The notes under the pieces are model-generated. The model made no database searches. It saw only the letters and a program-made list of their open reading frames with translations, and was not told the DNA's origin. Below, in pieces: positions 7,914-18,408 of a DNA stretch of 64,000 nt. This stretch comes from a virus, in the IMG/VR virus record IMGVR_UViG_3300044977_000123, positions 59,223-123,222 of that record. One strand, 5' to 3'. Made by a program: the position numbers and the translations under genes. Numbering within the stretch: position 1 is the stretch's first letter; every line of letters starts with the position of its first letter.

Positions 7914-9968
7914 ATGGCTCGTCTCGGCCGGTCCTATCCGGATCATGTGCGGCTCGGCGGCGACCTGCCTTCCGCCGCAGTCCCGGTCACCATCGCCGGG
8001 GTGTCCGCGACCGTTGCTGTGTCCGCTGTTGCGGGCACCGTTGGCGCGGGTTGCACAGTCGCAGGCCCAGTGGCGACGGTCGGCGTCAAAGCCCAGCCGG
8101 GTACGGCCGGGGTCCGCATCGCGGGCGCGACGGCCGCCGTCAAGGTGGCCGCCGTAGCTGGGGCCGTCAAGGTCACGCTGCCCGGCGCTGCTGGAACGAT
8201 CGCAGTCAAGGCCGCTGCCGGATCGGTCAAGGCCGGCTGCACGGTCACTGGCACCACCGCGGCAGTCATTGTCGCTGCTGCCGCCGGGTCAGTCCATGCT
8301 GGCTGCACCGTCGCCGGTACGGTCGCCGCCGTCAAGGCAACGGCCGTCGCGGGTACGCCCGTCGTCCGCACCCCGGGCACTACTGCGGTGGCAAAGGTCG
8401 CCGGGGTTGTCGGGGTCGCGAATACTGCGGCACCGGGCTCGACCGCTCACCTCATCGTCGCCGCGGTCGCCGGCGCGGTCCGTGCCGGAGCGACCGTTGC
8501 GGGGCAGGCTGCTGCGGTCGCGGTCGCCGCGCCTGCGGGCAGCGTTCACGCCGGTTGCACGGTCGCCGGGGCTGTTGCCGAGGCCGTCGTCGTTGCCTGT
8601 GCGGGGACGGCGGTCGTCGCCGCGCCCGGTGTCGCCGCCACGGCCAAGACCACGGCAGTCGCTGGGCTCGCGCACGGCACCGTCCCCGGCAGCACGGCTC
8701 CCCTCGAGGTCAACTCCCCGGCGGGCAGCGTCCATGCGGGTGCGGCCATCGCGGGGCCCGTCGCGCACGTTGAGGTCGCAGCTGCGGCAGGCGCCGTCCA
8801 TGGCGGCGCGACCATCAGCGGCCCAGTCGCCGCCGTCGCCGTTACCGCGCCTGCCGGACAGTCATCCGTCACCGTCACCGGCTCGGCCGCGCACACCGCA
8901 GTCACCGCCGTCGCGGGGACCGTCCACGTCATCGCGCCCGGAGCAGCGGCCCGGATCAACCTCACCGCTTCTGCGGGGAGCTTCGCGGCGGGCCAGGACA
9001 TCACCGGCACCCCGGCTCAGGTCGCGGTCACCGCACTGCCCGGACTGGTCCTCACCGGCGCCGGAGCCGCAGGCGTAGCAGCCACCGTCGGCGTTCACGC
9101 GGTCGCCGGAACCATCCACGCCGGGTGCACACTGGCCGGCGCAGTCGCGCAGGCAACTGTCACCGCAGCCGCGGGCACGGTCGACATCGGCGCCACGGTC
9201 CAGGGTGCTGCCACCCGGATCACAGTCGAGGCTCCGGCCGGCGCGGTCCATGCTGGCTGCACCGTCGCCGGACCGGTCGCGCTGGTCGCGGTCAACGCCA
9301 TAGCGGGCACCGTGCAGGCGGGCAGTTCGGCTACCGTCTCCGGTGTCCCCGCGATCGTGGCCGTCAGTGCCCCGGGCGGGCAGTTCCACGCCGGTGCCGC
9401 CATTGCTGGGGCCACGGCCAGCATTCGGGCGAGCGCCGTAGCAGGCACCGTCCACGCTGCGGCGACGATCACCGGCAGCACGGCGCACGTCACCGCGACC
9501 GCCGTTCCGGGGACGGCCAACGGCGGCACGAACATCCTCGGCGCCGCCGGAAGCATCCGCGCCACGTCCGTGGCCGGCGCGACCGGCATCACCGTGGACG
9601 GCATCGTCCCCGAACTGACCGTCACCGCCCTGGCTGGCACTGTCCGGATCGGCCGGACGATCCTCGGCGTCGCCGTCACGATCACCGTCGGAGCACCCGG
9701 CGGAACCGTCATCGCCGGGCAGGTCGTCGTCGGGGCAGTCGCCCGCGTCTCGACCACCGCACCCGCCGGGTCGGTCGCCATCGAGGCGCCCGTCTACCCG
9801 GAGTTCACCGTCGCCGCGGCGCCCCCCGGTTGGGCCGCAACCGCGCCGGCCTACTCCGAGTGGGGCGCGCGGGATCCCGGGAGCGCGTGGAGCGTGCAGG
9901 ACGACGGCGACGACTGGCAGGCGGCGGAGACCCCCGCCGGCTGGAGTGCACGCGACGCAGACAGATAG
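7914..9968 (+). CDS. Ala/Val/Gly/Thr-rich repeat fibre protein
   Basis: About 30 tandem 20-22 aa repeats (G..A.V.V.A.AG.V(H)AG.T(V/I)); Trp/acidic C-terminal tail. Confidence 0.8.
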   Translation: MARLGRSYPDHVRLGGDLPSAAVPVTIAGVSATVAVSAVAGTVGAGCTVAGPVATVGVKAQPGTAGVRIAGATAAVKVAAVAGAVKVTLPGAAGTIAVKAAAGSVKAGCTVTGTTAAVIVAAAAGSVHAGCTVAGTVAAVKATAVAGTPVVRTPGTTAVAKVAGVVGVANTAAPGSTAHLIVAAVAGAVRAGATVAGQAAAVAVAAPAGSVHAGCTVAGAVAEAVVVACAGTAVVAAPGVAATAKTTAVAGLAHGTVPGSTAPLEVNSPAGSVHAGAAIAGPVAHVEVAAAAGAVHGGATISGPVAAVAVTAPAGQSSVTVTGSAAHTAVTAVAGTVHVIAPGAAARINLTASAGSFAAGQDITGTPAQVAVTALPGLVLTGAGAAGVAATVGVHAVAGTIHAGCTLAGAVAQATVTAAAGTVDIGATVQGAATRITVEAPAGAVHAGCTVAGPVALVAVNAIAGTVQAGSSATVSGVPAIVAVSAPGGQFHAGAAIAGATASIRASAVAGTVHAAATITGSTAHVTATAVPGTANGGTNILGAAGSIRATSVAGATGITVDGIVPELTVTALAGTVRIGRTILGVAVTITVGAPGGTVIAGQVVVGAVARVSTTAPAGSVAIEAPVYPEFTVAAAPPGWAATAPAYSEWGARDPGSAWSVQDDGDDWQAAETPAGWSARDADR

Positions 9969-9977
9969 GGGGCTGCC

Positions 9978-10304
9978 GTGGCGCATTCCCAATCGCAGGC
10001 GTCGAGGCAGTTCGTCCGTGCCGTGGTCACTCCGATCGTCGGCGGGCAGCCGTACAACCCGACGGCGGATGTCGTCGCTTTCGCGTTCACGGAGCCGGGG
10101 GCTTCGGCGCTCGGCGTGCAGTGGTTCAGCGCCGAGTGGGCCAGCAGTGAGAGCACCGGCAGTGGCGGCTACCTCGCGCAGTGCCTCGTCGGCCCCGGTG
10201 GCACCGTGCAACTAGCTCCCGGCAGCTACCAGGTGTGGGTGATGGTCACCGACAACCCGGAGATCCCGGTCCTTCCCGCGTACTTGCTGACGATCAGCTG
10301 TTGA
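9978..10304 (+). CDS. BppU-N-like small structural adaptor
   Basis: LAPGSYQVWVMVTDNPEIPV beta-sandwich motif; within the fibre module. Confidence 0.6.
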   Translation: MAHSQSQASRQFVRAVVTPIVGGQPYNPTADVVAFAFTEPGASALGVQWFSAEWASSESTGSGGYLAQCLVGPGGTVQLAPGSYQVWVMVTDNPEIPVLPAYLLTISC

Positions 10305-10314
10305 GGGGGCGACG

Positions 10315-12642
10315 ATGCCGCTCCCCGGGAACCTGACCGCAGTCACGCTGACCGGCACGTACGTCACTGCTGTCGGCACGCCGTGTTCGGGCAGTGTCAC
10401 GTTCTACCTGGATGCGGTGATCGCCGACGCCACGGGCTCGGTCATCCTGTATCCGTCGGCGACGGCCGCGACCTTGGACGTCAACGGGCACTTCTCGATC
10501 GAGCTTCCGGCGACCGATGACACGCACCTGTACCCGGAGCCGTTCACGTACCGGGTCCTGGAGAAGCTGACTGGCGCTCAGCCGCGCGTCTACAGCATCT
10601 CGCTGCCCAGCGATCTCGCGCCGACCGTCGACCTGTCGACGCTCACCCCGTCGCAGTCGATCAACCCGGTCGGTGTGGCGATCACCGGGACGCCGACGGC
10701 CGGGCAGGTCCCGACCGCGACCGGGCCCAGCACTGCGGACTGGCAGACGCCGACGGGCGGCGCGGGCGACCTGCTTGCGGCCAACAACCTCAGCGACGTC
10801 GAGAGCCCCTCGACGGCCCGCACGAATCTGGGCCTCGGCAACTCGGCCGTGCTGAACGTCGGCACGACCAGCAGCACCGTTGCCGCTGGGAACGATGCGC
10901 GGATCACGGGCGCGGCGCAGAAGTCGGCGAACCTGTCCGACCTGGCGTCAGCGAGCGCGGCCCGCACGAGCCTCGGGCTTGGCGGTGCCGCTGTTCTCAA
11001 TGTCGGCACCACCTCAGGGACGGTTGCCGCAGGCAACGACGCCCGGTTCCCCACAGTCCAGCCGTGGGTCTTCGACGCGGTTCAGCACGGTGGCGCGGTC
11101 GGCGACGGCCAGTGGGTCAACGACGCCGCGATCACCGTCGGCACGAACGTCCTGACGTCGGCGTCCGGAAAGTTCACGCCCGGCGACGCCACGAAGGCGT
11201 GCATCCTGCACTACTCCTCGGCCAGTGGAGACGCCCAGGTCGGAACGATCGAGACCTACGTGTCCGCCAACGAGGTCCTGCTGTCCATCAATGCGGGCAC
11301 GACCGTGACCGGCGGGACGTTCCTGTGGGGCACCGACGACACGATGGCGTGGCGGACGTGCGTCAACGACGGCACCGCCTACGCGCAGGCCCACGGCGGC
11401 ACCTATCGGGTGTACACGCCGCCGCCTCCGGTCGGCGCGTTCTACATGGCCGCAGGGCCGCTGGTCACGGACCTCGACGGGAATGCGCAGATCCCGCTGC
11501 CGCCGATCGCCGACACCGGCCAGACCATCACCCTGGACTGGGTGCAGGAGGGCGCGAGTAGCGCCCCGCAGTCCTGGAACTCGCTGTCGCCCGCGTTCAA
11601 CGGGGCGACGATCGTCTCCGCCGGGATCTTCGCCAACGCCACCGATCAGGGCAACTCCGTTGGCGACTTCGGCAACCCGTGCGTCATCGGCGGCCCGGCG
11701 CAGGCGTCCGGCTACGGGCAGAGCGGCAAGTTCAGCAACATGATCGTCAAGTTTTCGGGGACGATCCTCACCACCCACAGCAGATTCGGCCTGTCGTACT
11801 GCGGCCTGGACTTCACCAGCGTCAAAGCCGAACTGCCGGACGCCTACGTCGGCTCGACGGGCTGCGTCGCCCGCAACGACTACGAGGCGTTCGCCGGTTT
11901 CAGTACCGGCTACAGCATCGGGATTCTGATGCCCGCCGACGGCAACAACGACCTGTCGGTCATCGGCAGCGTCACCATCGGCGGCGGGTACGCGTTCGGG
12001 ATCGTGCTTCCCGAGCACTGCACGATCCACCGGCTGTGCGTCCTGTACTGCTCCGGCGCACTGTGCCCGGACGGCAACTACGACGGATCCGTCGGCTCGG
12101 TGCACTCCAGTGCGGCAACGCTGATCTCCGTCGAGTCCTGCACCTGGATCGTCCAGATCTTCGGGAAGGGCAGCGACGGCGTCGGCCCGACGTTCCACTA
12201 CCGCATCGACACCGAGACGTCGCTGCCCCGCTTCGGCGACCGCAACGGCGGCCTCGACATGGGGGCCGCGAAAGGCGAGATCGAACTCGGCGGGAGCTTC
12301 ACCAGGAGCGGCCTGATCCTCGACGGACCACCCGGATTCGACCTGATCGACGTCAACGACACAGGGACGCCGGTCGCAGGCAACTACACGATCTCGTACT
12401 TTGACACGCTGCTGATGGTCAACGCTGCCGCCGGGAACCTCACGATCACGCTGCCGACCGCAGTGAGCTTCCCTGTCCGGAAGCGCTTCGAGCTGCGGCG
12501 CGACGACAGCAGCGGCAACACGGTGACGCTCGCCGCGCCCGGGGGCGAGACAGTCAACGGCGTGGCCAGCGTGCCGATCATTGCGACACCGTACTCACGG
12601 GTGACCGCAGCGGCCTACAACGGCGAATGGACGGTGGGGTGA
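10315..12642 (+). CDS. Tailspike/fibre-like receptor-binding protein
   Basis: Duplicated NLSD..S...AR..LGLG..AVLNVGTT..TVAAGNDAR fibre repeat; GAVGDG...DDT beta-helix cap; C-terminal TITLPTA...DSSGNTVT domain. Confidence 0.8.
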   Translation: MPLPGNLTAVTLTGTYVTAVGTPCSGSVTFYLDAVIADATGSVILYPSATAATLDVNGHFSIELPATDDTHLYPEPFTYRVLEKLTGAQPRVYSISLPSDLAPTVDLSTLTPSQSINPVGVAITGTPTAGQVPTATGPSTADWQTPTGGAGDLLAANNLSDVESPSTARTNLGLGNSAVLNVGTTSSTVAAGNDARITGAAQKSANLSDLASASAARTSLGLGGAAVLNVGTTSGTVAAGNDARFPTVQPWVFDAVQHGGAVGDGQWVNDAAITVGTNVLTSASGKFTPGDATKACILHYSSASGDAQVGTIETYVSANEVLLSINAGTTVTGGTFLWGTDDTMAWRTCVNDGTAYAQAHGGTYRVYTPPPPVGAFYMAAGPLVTDLDGNAQIPLPPIADTGQTITLDWVQEGASSAPQSWNSLSPAFNGATIVSAGIFANATDQGNSVGDFGNPCVIGGPAQASGYGQSGKFSNMIVKFSGTILTTHSRFGLSYCGLDFTSVKAELPDAYVGSTGCVARNDYEAFAGFSTGYSIGILMPADGNNDLSVIGSVTIGGGYAFGIVLPEHCTIHRLCVLYCSGALCPDGNYDGSVGSVHSSAATLISVESCTWIVQIFGKGSDGVGPTFHYRIDTETSLPRFGDRNGGLDMGAAKGEIELGGSFTRSGLILDGPPGFDLIDVNDTGTPVAGNYTISYFDTLLMVNAAAGNLTITLPTAVSFPVRKRFELRRDDSSGNTVTLAAPGGETVNGVASVPIIATPYSRVTAAAYNGEWTVG

Positions 12643-12644
12643 CC

Positions 12645-13103
12645 ATGATGCCGCCCAAGAAGAACGACTCCGTCGAAGCACCCCCGCTGGTGCTCACCCC
12701 CACTCCCCCCAGCCCGGCCCCGACCTGCCACAGCACCGGATGCACCGAGAAGCCGCTCGTGCAGTGGCGGCGACGCCTCACCCCGGACGAGCTCGCGGTC
12801 GAGCTGGCCATCGAGCAGGGCAAGAGGGATGCCGCTTTCCTGCTCCGCGACACCCAGAAGCCGCCGCCCGTCGTCGCGCCGATGCCCACCGGCGCCGACT
12901 ACGTCCGCGCCGTCTACGCCTGCGGCCAGCACGCCATCGGCATCGACGCCGCCGCACTCGTCCACCAAGCCACCTGCGCCGGCCCGAACTCGACGATCCT
13001 GCCCAGTTGCGGGTGCACGCCCGAGCCGACGCCCGAACCCGAACCCGTGGTGGAGCAGCCGCTGCCCGCGCACTGGGTCACAGCCATGGCAGGAGGCAGC
13101 TAG
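12645..13103 (+). CDS. Pro/Cys-rich hypothetical protein (possible fibre chaperone)
   Basis: Immediately follows the tailspike; several Cys/His. Confidence 0.6.
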   Translation: MMPPKKNDSVEAPPLVLTPTPPSPAPTCHSTGCTEKPLVQWRRRLTPDELAVELAIEQGKRDAAFLLRDTQKPPPVVAPMPTGADYVRAVYACGQHAIGIDAAALVHQATCAGPNSTILPSCGCTPEPTPEPEPVVEQPLPAHWVTAMAGGS

Positions 13104-13783
13104 TGCCTGCCCGTGTGCCCCGGCCGGGCGACATTCGCTGCCAGGGGATCTACGGCGAGAAGTACCGGATCGAGGAGCTGCGCGGCACTCAGTGCATCCA
13201 GACAGTCGACCCCGAAGACGCCTTCTGCGCCATGCACAAAGAGATCCCCGAGGAGCGCCGCTGCCACGGCAAGGGCAAGCCGCACTACGCCATGAGGAAT
13301 CAGACGGTGTGCGGCATCCACGGCGGCAAGAGCCCCCAGAACCTGCGCGCCGCCGAACGGCGACGAAGCCAAGAGAAGCTGGTGAAGCAGGTGACCCGGT
13401 TCCTAGAGAAGAACGGCTTCGACGCGGTCACCAACCCCCTCGAAGAGCTCCAGCAGGTCGCCGGTGAGACCGTCGCCATCAAGGACTACCTCCGCGGCTT
13501 CGTCCAGAAGATCGAGGACATCCGCTACCAGGGCGGCTCCGGCGAGCAGATCCGCGGCGAACTCCAGGCCTACCAGGCGGCCCTGCGCGACACGGTCAAC
13601 GTCCTGTCCATCATGGCCAGGCTGGACATCGACAGTCGCCTCGTCCGCGTGGAGGAGGCGAAGGCGGCCCTGCTGATCGCCGCCGTGAACGGTGCACTGG
13701 TCGACGCCGGCGTGGCCGGTGAACTCGCCCAGCGGATTCGGGACGCCATTGCCAATCGGCTGGAGGCCATCGAGCGAGCCTGA
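13103..13783 (+). CDS. Terminase small subunit-like protein (HGGxS motif)
   Basis: CGIHGGKSPQ motif, helical C-terminus, directly upstream of TerL; AGGAGG RBS. Confidence 0.7.
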   Translation: MPARVPRPGDIRCQGIYGEKYRIEELRGTQCIQTVDPEDAFCAMHKEIPEERRCHGKGKPHYAMRNQTVCGIHGGKSPQNLRAAERRRSQEKLVKQVTRFLEKNGFDAVTNPLEELQQVAGETVAIKDYLRGFVQKIEDIRYQGGSGEQIRGELQAYQAALRDTVNVLSIMARLDIDSRLVRVEEAKAALLIAAVNGALVDAGVAGELAQRIRDAIANRLEAIERA

Positions 13784-13793
13784 GGGGGCGTCA

Positions 13794-15293
13794 ATGCCCG
13801 GACTCCTCGGCCTGACCGCAGTCGGATTGCGTTCCCATTCGCGGGCGAGCGCCGACGCGGAGCACTACCAGCGCGACCCTGCAGCGTGGGCGCACGACAA
13901 GCTCGGCGAGCACCTGTGGTCCAAGCAGGTCGAGATCGCCGAGTCGGTGCGGGATCGCCGCCTCACGGCAGTCCAGTCCTGCCACGGCACGGGAAAGTCG
14001 TTCGTGGCTTCCCGGCTGACGGCATGGTGGCTGGACATCCACCCGCCCGGGGAGGCCCGGGTCGTGACCACCGCGCCGACCGGGGACCAGGTCAAGGCGA
14101 TCCTCTGGTCGGAGATCAACGGGGCGTTCGCGAAGGCGCAGGCCCGCGGCAATCCCTTCATCGGGCGGATCAACGAGACCGACTGGAAGCTCGACAAGCG
14201 GCTGCTCGCCTTCGGCCGGAAGCCGAGCGACTACAACCCGCATGCGTTCCAGGGCATCCACGCCAAGTACGTCCTCGTGCTGCTCGACGAAGCATGCGGC
14301 ATCAACAAGCAGTTCTGGACAGCTGCGAATGCCATCGCGACGGGCGAGAACTGCCGCATCCTGGCCGTCGGCAACCCTGACGATCCGGGTTCGCACTTCG
14401 CCCGCGTCTGCGGTAGTGAGCGCTGGAACACGATCCGGATCTCGGCGTTCGACTCCCCGAACTTCACTGATGAGCCTGTCCCGGACGAGCTTCGGCCGAT
14501 GCTGGTCAGCCGCTCGTACGAGGAGGACATGCGCGCCGAGTACGGCGAGCAGTCACCGGTCTACATCTCCAAGGTGCTGGGCCTTTTCCCGTCCGATGCC
14601 GAGGACGGCGTGGTGCGCCTGTCCGCGCTGCGTGCCTGCTCGCAGCCGCGAGACGTCGAGCCCGCCCCGGAGCAACTGCTCCCAGTGGAACTCGGTGTCG
14701 ACCTCGGCGCCGGCGGCGACGAGACGTGCATCCGGGAGCGGCGGGGCATCATGGTCGGCCGCGAGTGGCGCACCCGTGACCGGGACCCGATCGTGGTGGC
14801 GAACCTGATCGTCGAGGCGATCCGTACGACGCACGCCACGGCGGTGAAGGTCGACTCGATCGGCATCGGCTGGGGCATCGTCGGGACGCTCCGCGAGCGC
14901 CAGCAGCAGGGCCAGCACACGGCGGACATCGTCGGCGTGAACGTCGGCACCACCTCCGCGCAGCCGCAGCGCTTCCCGCGCCTGCGGTCGCAGATCTGGT
15001 GGGAGATCGGCCGGCAACTGTCCGAGGATCACGGCTGGGACTTCTCCGCCCTGGATCCGGACGACCGCGAGCGGTTGATCCATCAGCTGACAGCGCCGAA
15101 GTACCTGCACGACTCCAGTCGCCGGATCGTGGTGGAGAAGAAGGAAGAGACGAAGAAGCGCCTCGGCCGCTCCCCCGACAACGCCGACGCGCTGCTGCTG
15201 GCCTTCTACTCAGGCGCCGGTGGACACGCCCAGGCCATGGACTGGCTGAACGCCTTCACCCCTCAAGCCCAGATGGCCGGGAGGCCCAGATGA
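13794..15293 (+). CDS. terL: Terminase large subunit
   Basis: Walker A SCHGTGKS, Walker B VLLDEA, coupling motif GNP, nuclease motifs GVDLGAGGDET and SPDNADA. Confidence 0.95.
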   Translation: MPGLLGLTAVGLRSHSRASADAEHYQRDPAAWAHDKLGEHLWSKQVEIAESVRDRRLTAVQSCHGTGKSFVASRLTAWWLDIHPPGEARVVTTAPTGDQVKAILWSEINGAFAKAQARGNPFIGRINETDWKLDKRLLAFGRKPSDYNPHAFQGIHAKYVLVLLDEACGINKQFWTAANAIATGENCRILAVGNPDDPGSHFARVCGSERWNTIRISAFDSPNFTDEPVPDELRPMLVSRSYEEDMRAEYGEQSPVYISKVLGLFPSDAEDGVVRLSALRACSQPRDVEPAPEQLLPVELGVDLGAGGDETCIRERRGIMVGREWRTRDRDPIVVANLIVEAIRTTHATAVKVDSIGIGWGIVGTLRERQQQGQHTADIVGVNVGTTSAQPQRFPRLRSQIWWEIGRQLSEDHGWDFSALDPDDRERLIHQLTAPKYLHDSSRRIVVEKKEETKKRLGRSPDNADALLLAFYSGAGGHAQAMDWLNAFTPQAQMAGRPR

Positions 15294-15490
15294 TCCGCAT
15301 GCTCGCCCCTCGCTGCCCGGACCGGCGCAACCGGCCGTCGTTCCGGGTGCTGATCTGCCGCGCCGAGGGGGCCTGCTTGAAGTCGTGGACCGCGAACGGC
15401 CTTCCGGAGCTGAACCGGATGCTCGCCGAACGGGAAGCACACGAGAGTCTCTGCTCGACCGGGGTGTTCGCGTCGCTGGCCTCGTCGTAG
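15290..15490 (+). CDS. Hypothetical protein
   Basis: ATGA overlap with terL, GGAGG RBS. Confidence 0.5.
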   Translation: MIRMLAPRCPDRRNRPSFRVLICRAEGACLKSWTANGLPELNRMLAEREAHESLCSTGVFASLASS

Positions 15491-15492
15491 CC

Positions 15493-15666
15493 ATGGAGTA
15501 CGGCTACATCTGCCACTGCGGCGCGAGGTTCTACAGCCCGAACGATCCCGTCGATGTCCGAGTCCGACTCGCCCTGCACGAGTGCCCCAACGACGAGGGC
15601 CGGGCAGCAGTCGAGGCCGTCCGCAATCAGCTCGAACGCCAAGGCATCCACATCGAATCCTTCTGA
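15493..15666 (+). CDS. Small Zn-finger-like protein
   Basis: CHCG...HEC; fills the gap before portal. Confidence 0.5.
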   Translation: MEYGYICHCGARFYSPNDPVDVRVRLALHECPNDEGRAAVEAVRNQLERQGIHIESF

Positions 15667-15684
15667 TCCGAACGGGGGTGTCGG

Positions 15685-18366
15685 GTGTCCCGTCGCAGCA
15701 ACCGCAACCGCCGCCCGGCCCAGATCGAGAAGGCCCAGGTTCCCGGCGTCGGGCCCGGCGCGACGGTCTACACCGCAGCCCAGGTCCAGGCCCTCCTCCA
15801 GAGTGCATCGCTCGGAGGCCAGGTTGCGGGCGGCTTCAACCCCCTCCCCCGGCTCGACCCGCAGGTCGCGTTCGGCCCCGGCCTGCCGCTCATCCCCGCG
15901 CAGATCGACCCGGTCCGCCGCGACACCGGGCGCCCCGAGCCCCGCTTCAACGAGTACCCGGTCAGCTCGAACCTGCCTGGCGTCACCGACAGGCTGATCC
16001 CCTGGAAGGTGCTGCGCGACGCCGCAGCAGCCGGCGGGATCCCGCGCCGCTGCATCCAGATCCGCAAGGACGAGATCGCCACCCTCAACTGGGCGATCTC
16101 CATCACCAAGCAGGCCGTCGCGAAGGCCGAGGGCGAGAACCCCGGCATGGCCCGCGCTGACGTCGAGTCCGATCTGCGTAAGCGGCTCGGCCCGGAGATC
16201 GCCCGCTGCTCCGCCTTCTGGGAGCGCCCGGATCCGGGTCAGGACGAGGACTGGACCGACTGGGCCGGGAAGCTCCTCGAAGAGCATTTCGTGCTCGACG
16301 CGATCGCGATCTATCCGCGTCGGACGTACGGCGGCGACGTGTTCGCCATGGAGATCATCTCCGGGGACACCATCAAGCCCCTCCGGGACTACCGGGGCGG
16401 CAAGCCGCTACCGCCGAACCCGTCGTACCAGCAGGTGCTGTGGGGATTCCCGCGCGGCGAGTACGTCGCCGACGTGGACGAGAACGGCGACGTCCTCAAC
16501 CCGTACGGGCCCGACACCCTTATCTACAAAAGGCGCAATGTCAGGGCAGAGACGCCCTACGGCTACTCGGCCGTGGAGATGTGCCTCGAAGACCTCGACG
16601 TATGGCTGCGGCGCCGGTCGTGGATCCGCGCCGAGTACACCGAGGGCGCAATCCCGACAGGCGTGCTGCGGAACACTGCGGCGAACTCTTGGACCCCGGC
16701 GCAGGTGCTGGAGTACGAGACCGCACTGAACGACGCCTGGTCGGGCCAGACTCTGGAGCGCCACCGTCTGCGGATCCTGCCACCCGGCTTCGAACTGGAG
16801 TCGATGACCGACGTCGCGGAGAGGTACAAGCCCGAGTACGACTTGTTCCTACTCAAGCAGCTGGCGAACCACTTCGCGACGACCATCGCCGAGCTCAACT
16901 TCACCGACGGCGGCGGCCTGGGATCATCCGGCTACCACGAGGGCCAGGCGGACATCAAGGACCGCTCAGCCACAATGCCGACGTACCGGTGGCTGCAGGG
17001 CCTCATCACCGGGATCTCCCGGCGGCACCTGCGGATGCCCCAAGAGCTCGAATTCCGGATTCTCGGCCTGGAAAACGAAGACGAGGCCGCGGCCGACCAG
17101 GTCGCCCAGAACCGGCTCCAGTTCGGGCGCATGACGCTGAACGAGGACCGTGACCGGCTCGGCCTGCCGCGCTACCCGTTCGCGGAAGCCGACATGCCGA
17201 TGCTCATGACGACCCGAGGCGTGGTCTACCTGGAGGGGTCATCCGCGCTCGCCCCGCCCGGGGAGATCATCGAACCGGCCAAGGCGCCTGCGCAGGACAG
17301 CAACGGCGACCCGGGTGACCAGTCCGACGACGACAGTGATGATGCGGGCCCGAGTGAGCCGGACGCCCCGAGCGACGCGGTCAAGGCCGAGCTTGCGGCG
17401 TTCGCCCGCTGGTCCCGGCGCAACCCGAACCCGCGCCGTCCCTTCGAGGCGACCGTCCTCACGAAGGCCGATGCGCCGCATCTCGCCGACGACCCCAGGA
17501 TTCTGCTGAAGGCGGCGGTGCGCCCAAAAGGCGCGGACCGGCCCTGGCCGGGCTGGGACCGTGACCTGACGACCGCACAGAAGTGGGTGCCGCGCATCAC
17601 CCGCGCCATGACCAGTGGCGTGGATGTCCGGGCGCTCGCCGAGCGGTTCCTTGCCGAGCAGATCGGCAAGGCCGACGAGGCGACCGCAGCAGTGGCGTGG
17701 ACGACGCCGGACGATGACCACGGCCAGGACGAGTGGGCGGTCGCTGCGGCGCTGGCATTCCTGCACCGCGAGCACGTCGACCTCGTTCCGAAGCTCGCGT
17801 TCCTTCGGCTGGTGTGGATCGAAGGCTGGCTGATCGGCCACACCTCCGCGCAGGCCGTCCTCGATGGCGGCGACGTGGACGAGTGGGGCTGGGCCGAGGG
17901 TGACGCCGAGGCCGCTGAACGGCTGGTCCCAGTGGCTTCCCGGTCGGCGCTCGACGCATTCCTCGCCGCAGCAACGGCCTGGGTCGCGTCGATCGCCGCC
18001 AGCCGCCTCAACGCCCTCGCGACCGCCCTCGCCAAGGGCGGCGCGGCCGGGGACACGGCGGCTCGGCTCGCCGCACGGCTCAAGTCGGTCCTGGCCGACA
18101 GTGCCTGGGCCAGCTTGGTCGCACTGACCGAACTCGTCCGCGCCGCGGCGGCCGGCGCGACAGCCGCCTACCAGCAGGCCGGGGCTCAGCAGCTGTGGTG
18201 GTGCAGCGAAGACGACGACCGGGTCTGCCAGACCTGCCTCGACAACGAGAATTATGGGCCCGTCCCGATCGACGAGACGTGGCCCGACGGCTCCGACTCG
18301 CCCCCGGCGCACGCGCGCTGCCGCTGCTGGATCTACGCCGAAGCGGCGCCCGCCAATCAGAACTGA
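15685..18366 (+). CDS. Portal protein fused to MuF/SPP1-gp7-like head morphogenesis domain
   Basis: Portal motifs (YGYSAVE, MTLNEDRDRLGLP), acidic linker, C-terminal DDRVCQTC...PPAHARCRC. Confidence 0.9.
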   Translation: MSRRSNRNRRPAQIEKAQVPGVGPGATVYTAAQVQALLQSASLGGQVAGGFNPLPRLDPQVAFGPGLPLIPAQIDPVRRDTGRPEPRFNEYPVSSNLPGVTDRLIPWKVLRDAAAAGGIPRRCIQIRKDEIATLNWAISITKQAVAKAEGENPGMARADVESDLRKRLGPEIARCSAFWERPDPGQDEDWTDWAGKLLEEHFVLDAIAIYPRRTYGGDVFAMEIISGDTIKPLRDYRGGKPLPPNPSYQQVLWGFPRGEYVADVDENGDVLNPYGPDTLIYKRRNVRAETPYGYSAVEMCLEDLDVWLRRRSWIRAEYTEGAIPTGVLRNTAANSWTPAQVLEYETALNDAWSGQTLERHRLRILPPGFELESMTDVAERYKPEYDLFLLKQLANHFATTIAELNFTDGGGLGSSGYHEGQADIKDRSATMPTYRWLQGLITGISRRHLRMPQELEFRILGLENEDEAAADQVAQNRLQFGRMTLNEDRDRLGLPRYPFAEADMPMLMTTRGVVYLEGSSALAPPGEIIEPAKAPAQDSNGDPGDQSDDDSDDAGPSEPDAPSDAVKAELAAFARWSRRNPNPRRPFEATVLTKADAPHLADDPRILLKAAVRPKGADRPWPGWDRDLTTAQKWVPRITRAMTSGVDVRALAERFLAEQIGKADEATAAVAWTTPDDDHGQDEWAVAAALAFLHREHVDLVPKLAFLRLVWIEGWLIGHTSAQAVLDGGDVDEWGWAEGDAEAAERLVPVASRSALDAFLAAATAWVASIAASRLNALATALAKGGAAGDTAARLAARLKSVLADSAWASLVALTELVRAAAAGATAAYQQAGAQQLWWCSEDDDRVCQTCLDNENYGPVPIDETWPDGSDSPPAHARCRCWIYAEAAPANQN

Positions 18367-18370
18367 CCAC

Positions 18371-18408
18371 GAAGGGCTGTCCCGCCGGGGCGGCCCTTTC
18401 GCATGCCC
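18371..18408 (+). terminator. Hairpin plus CATGCCC element before the protease gene
   Basis: GAAGGGCTGTCC/GGGCGGCCCTTT stem followed by GCATGCCC. Confidence 0.55.
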
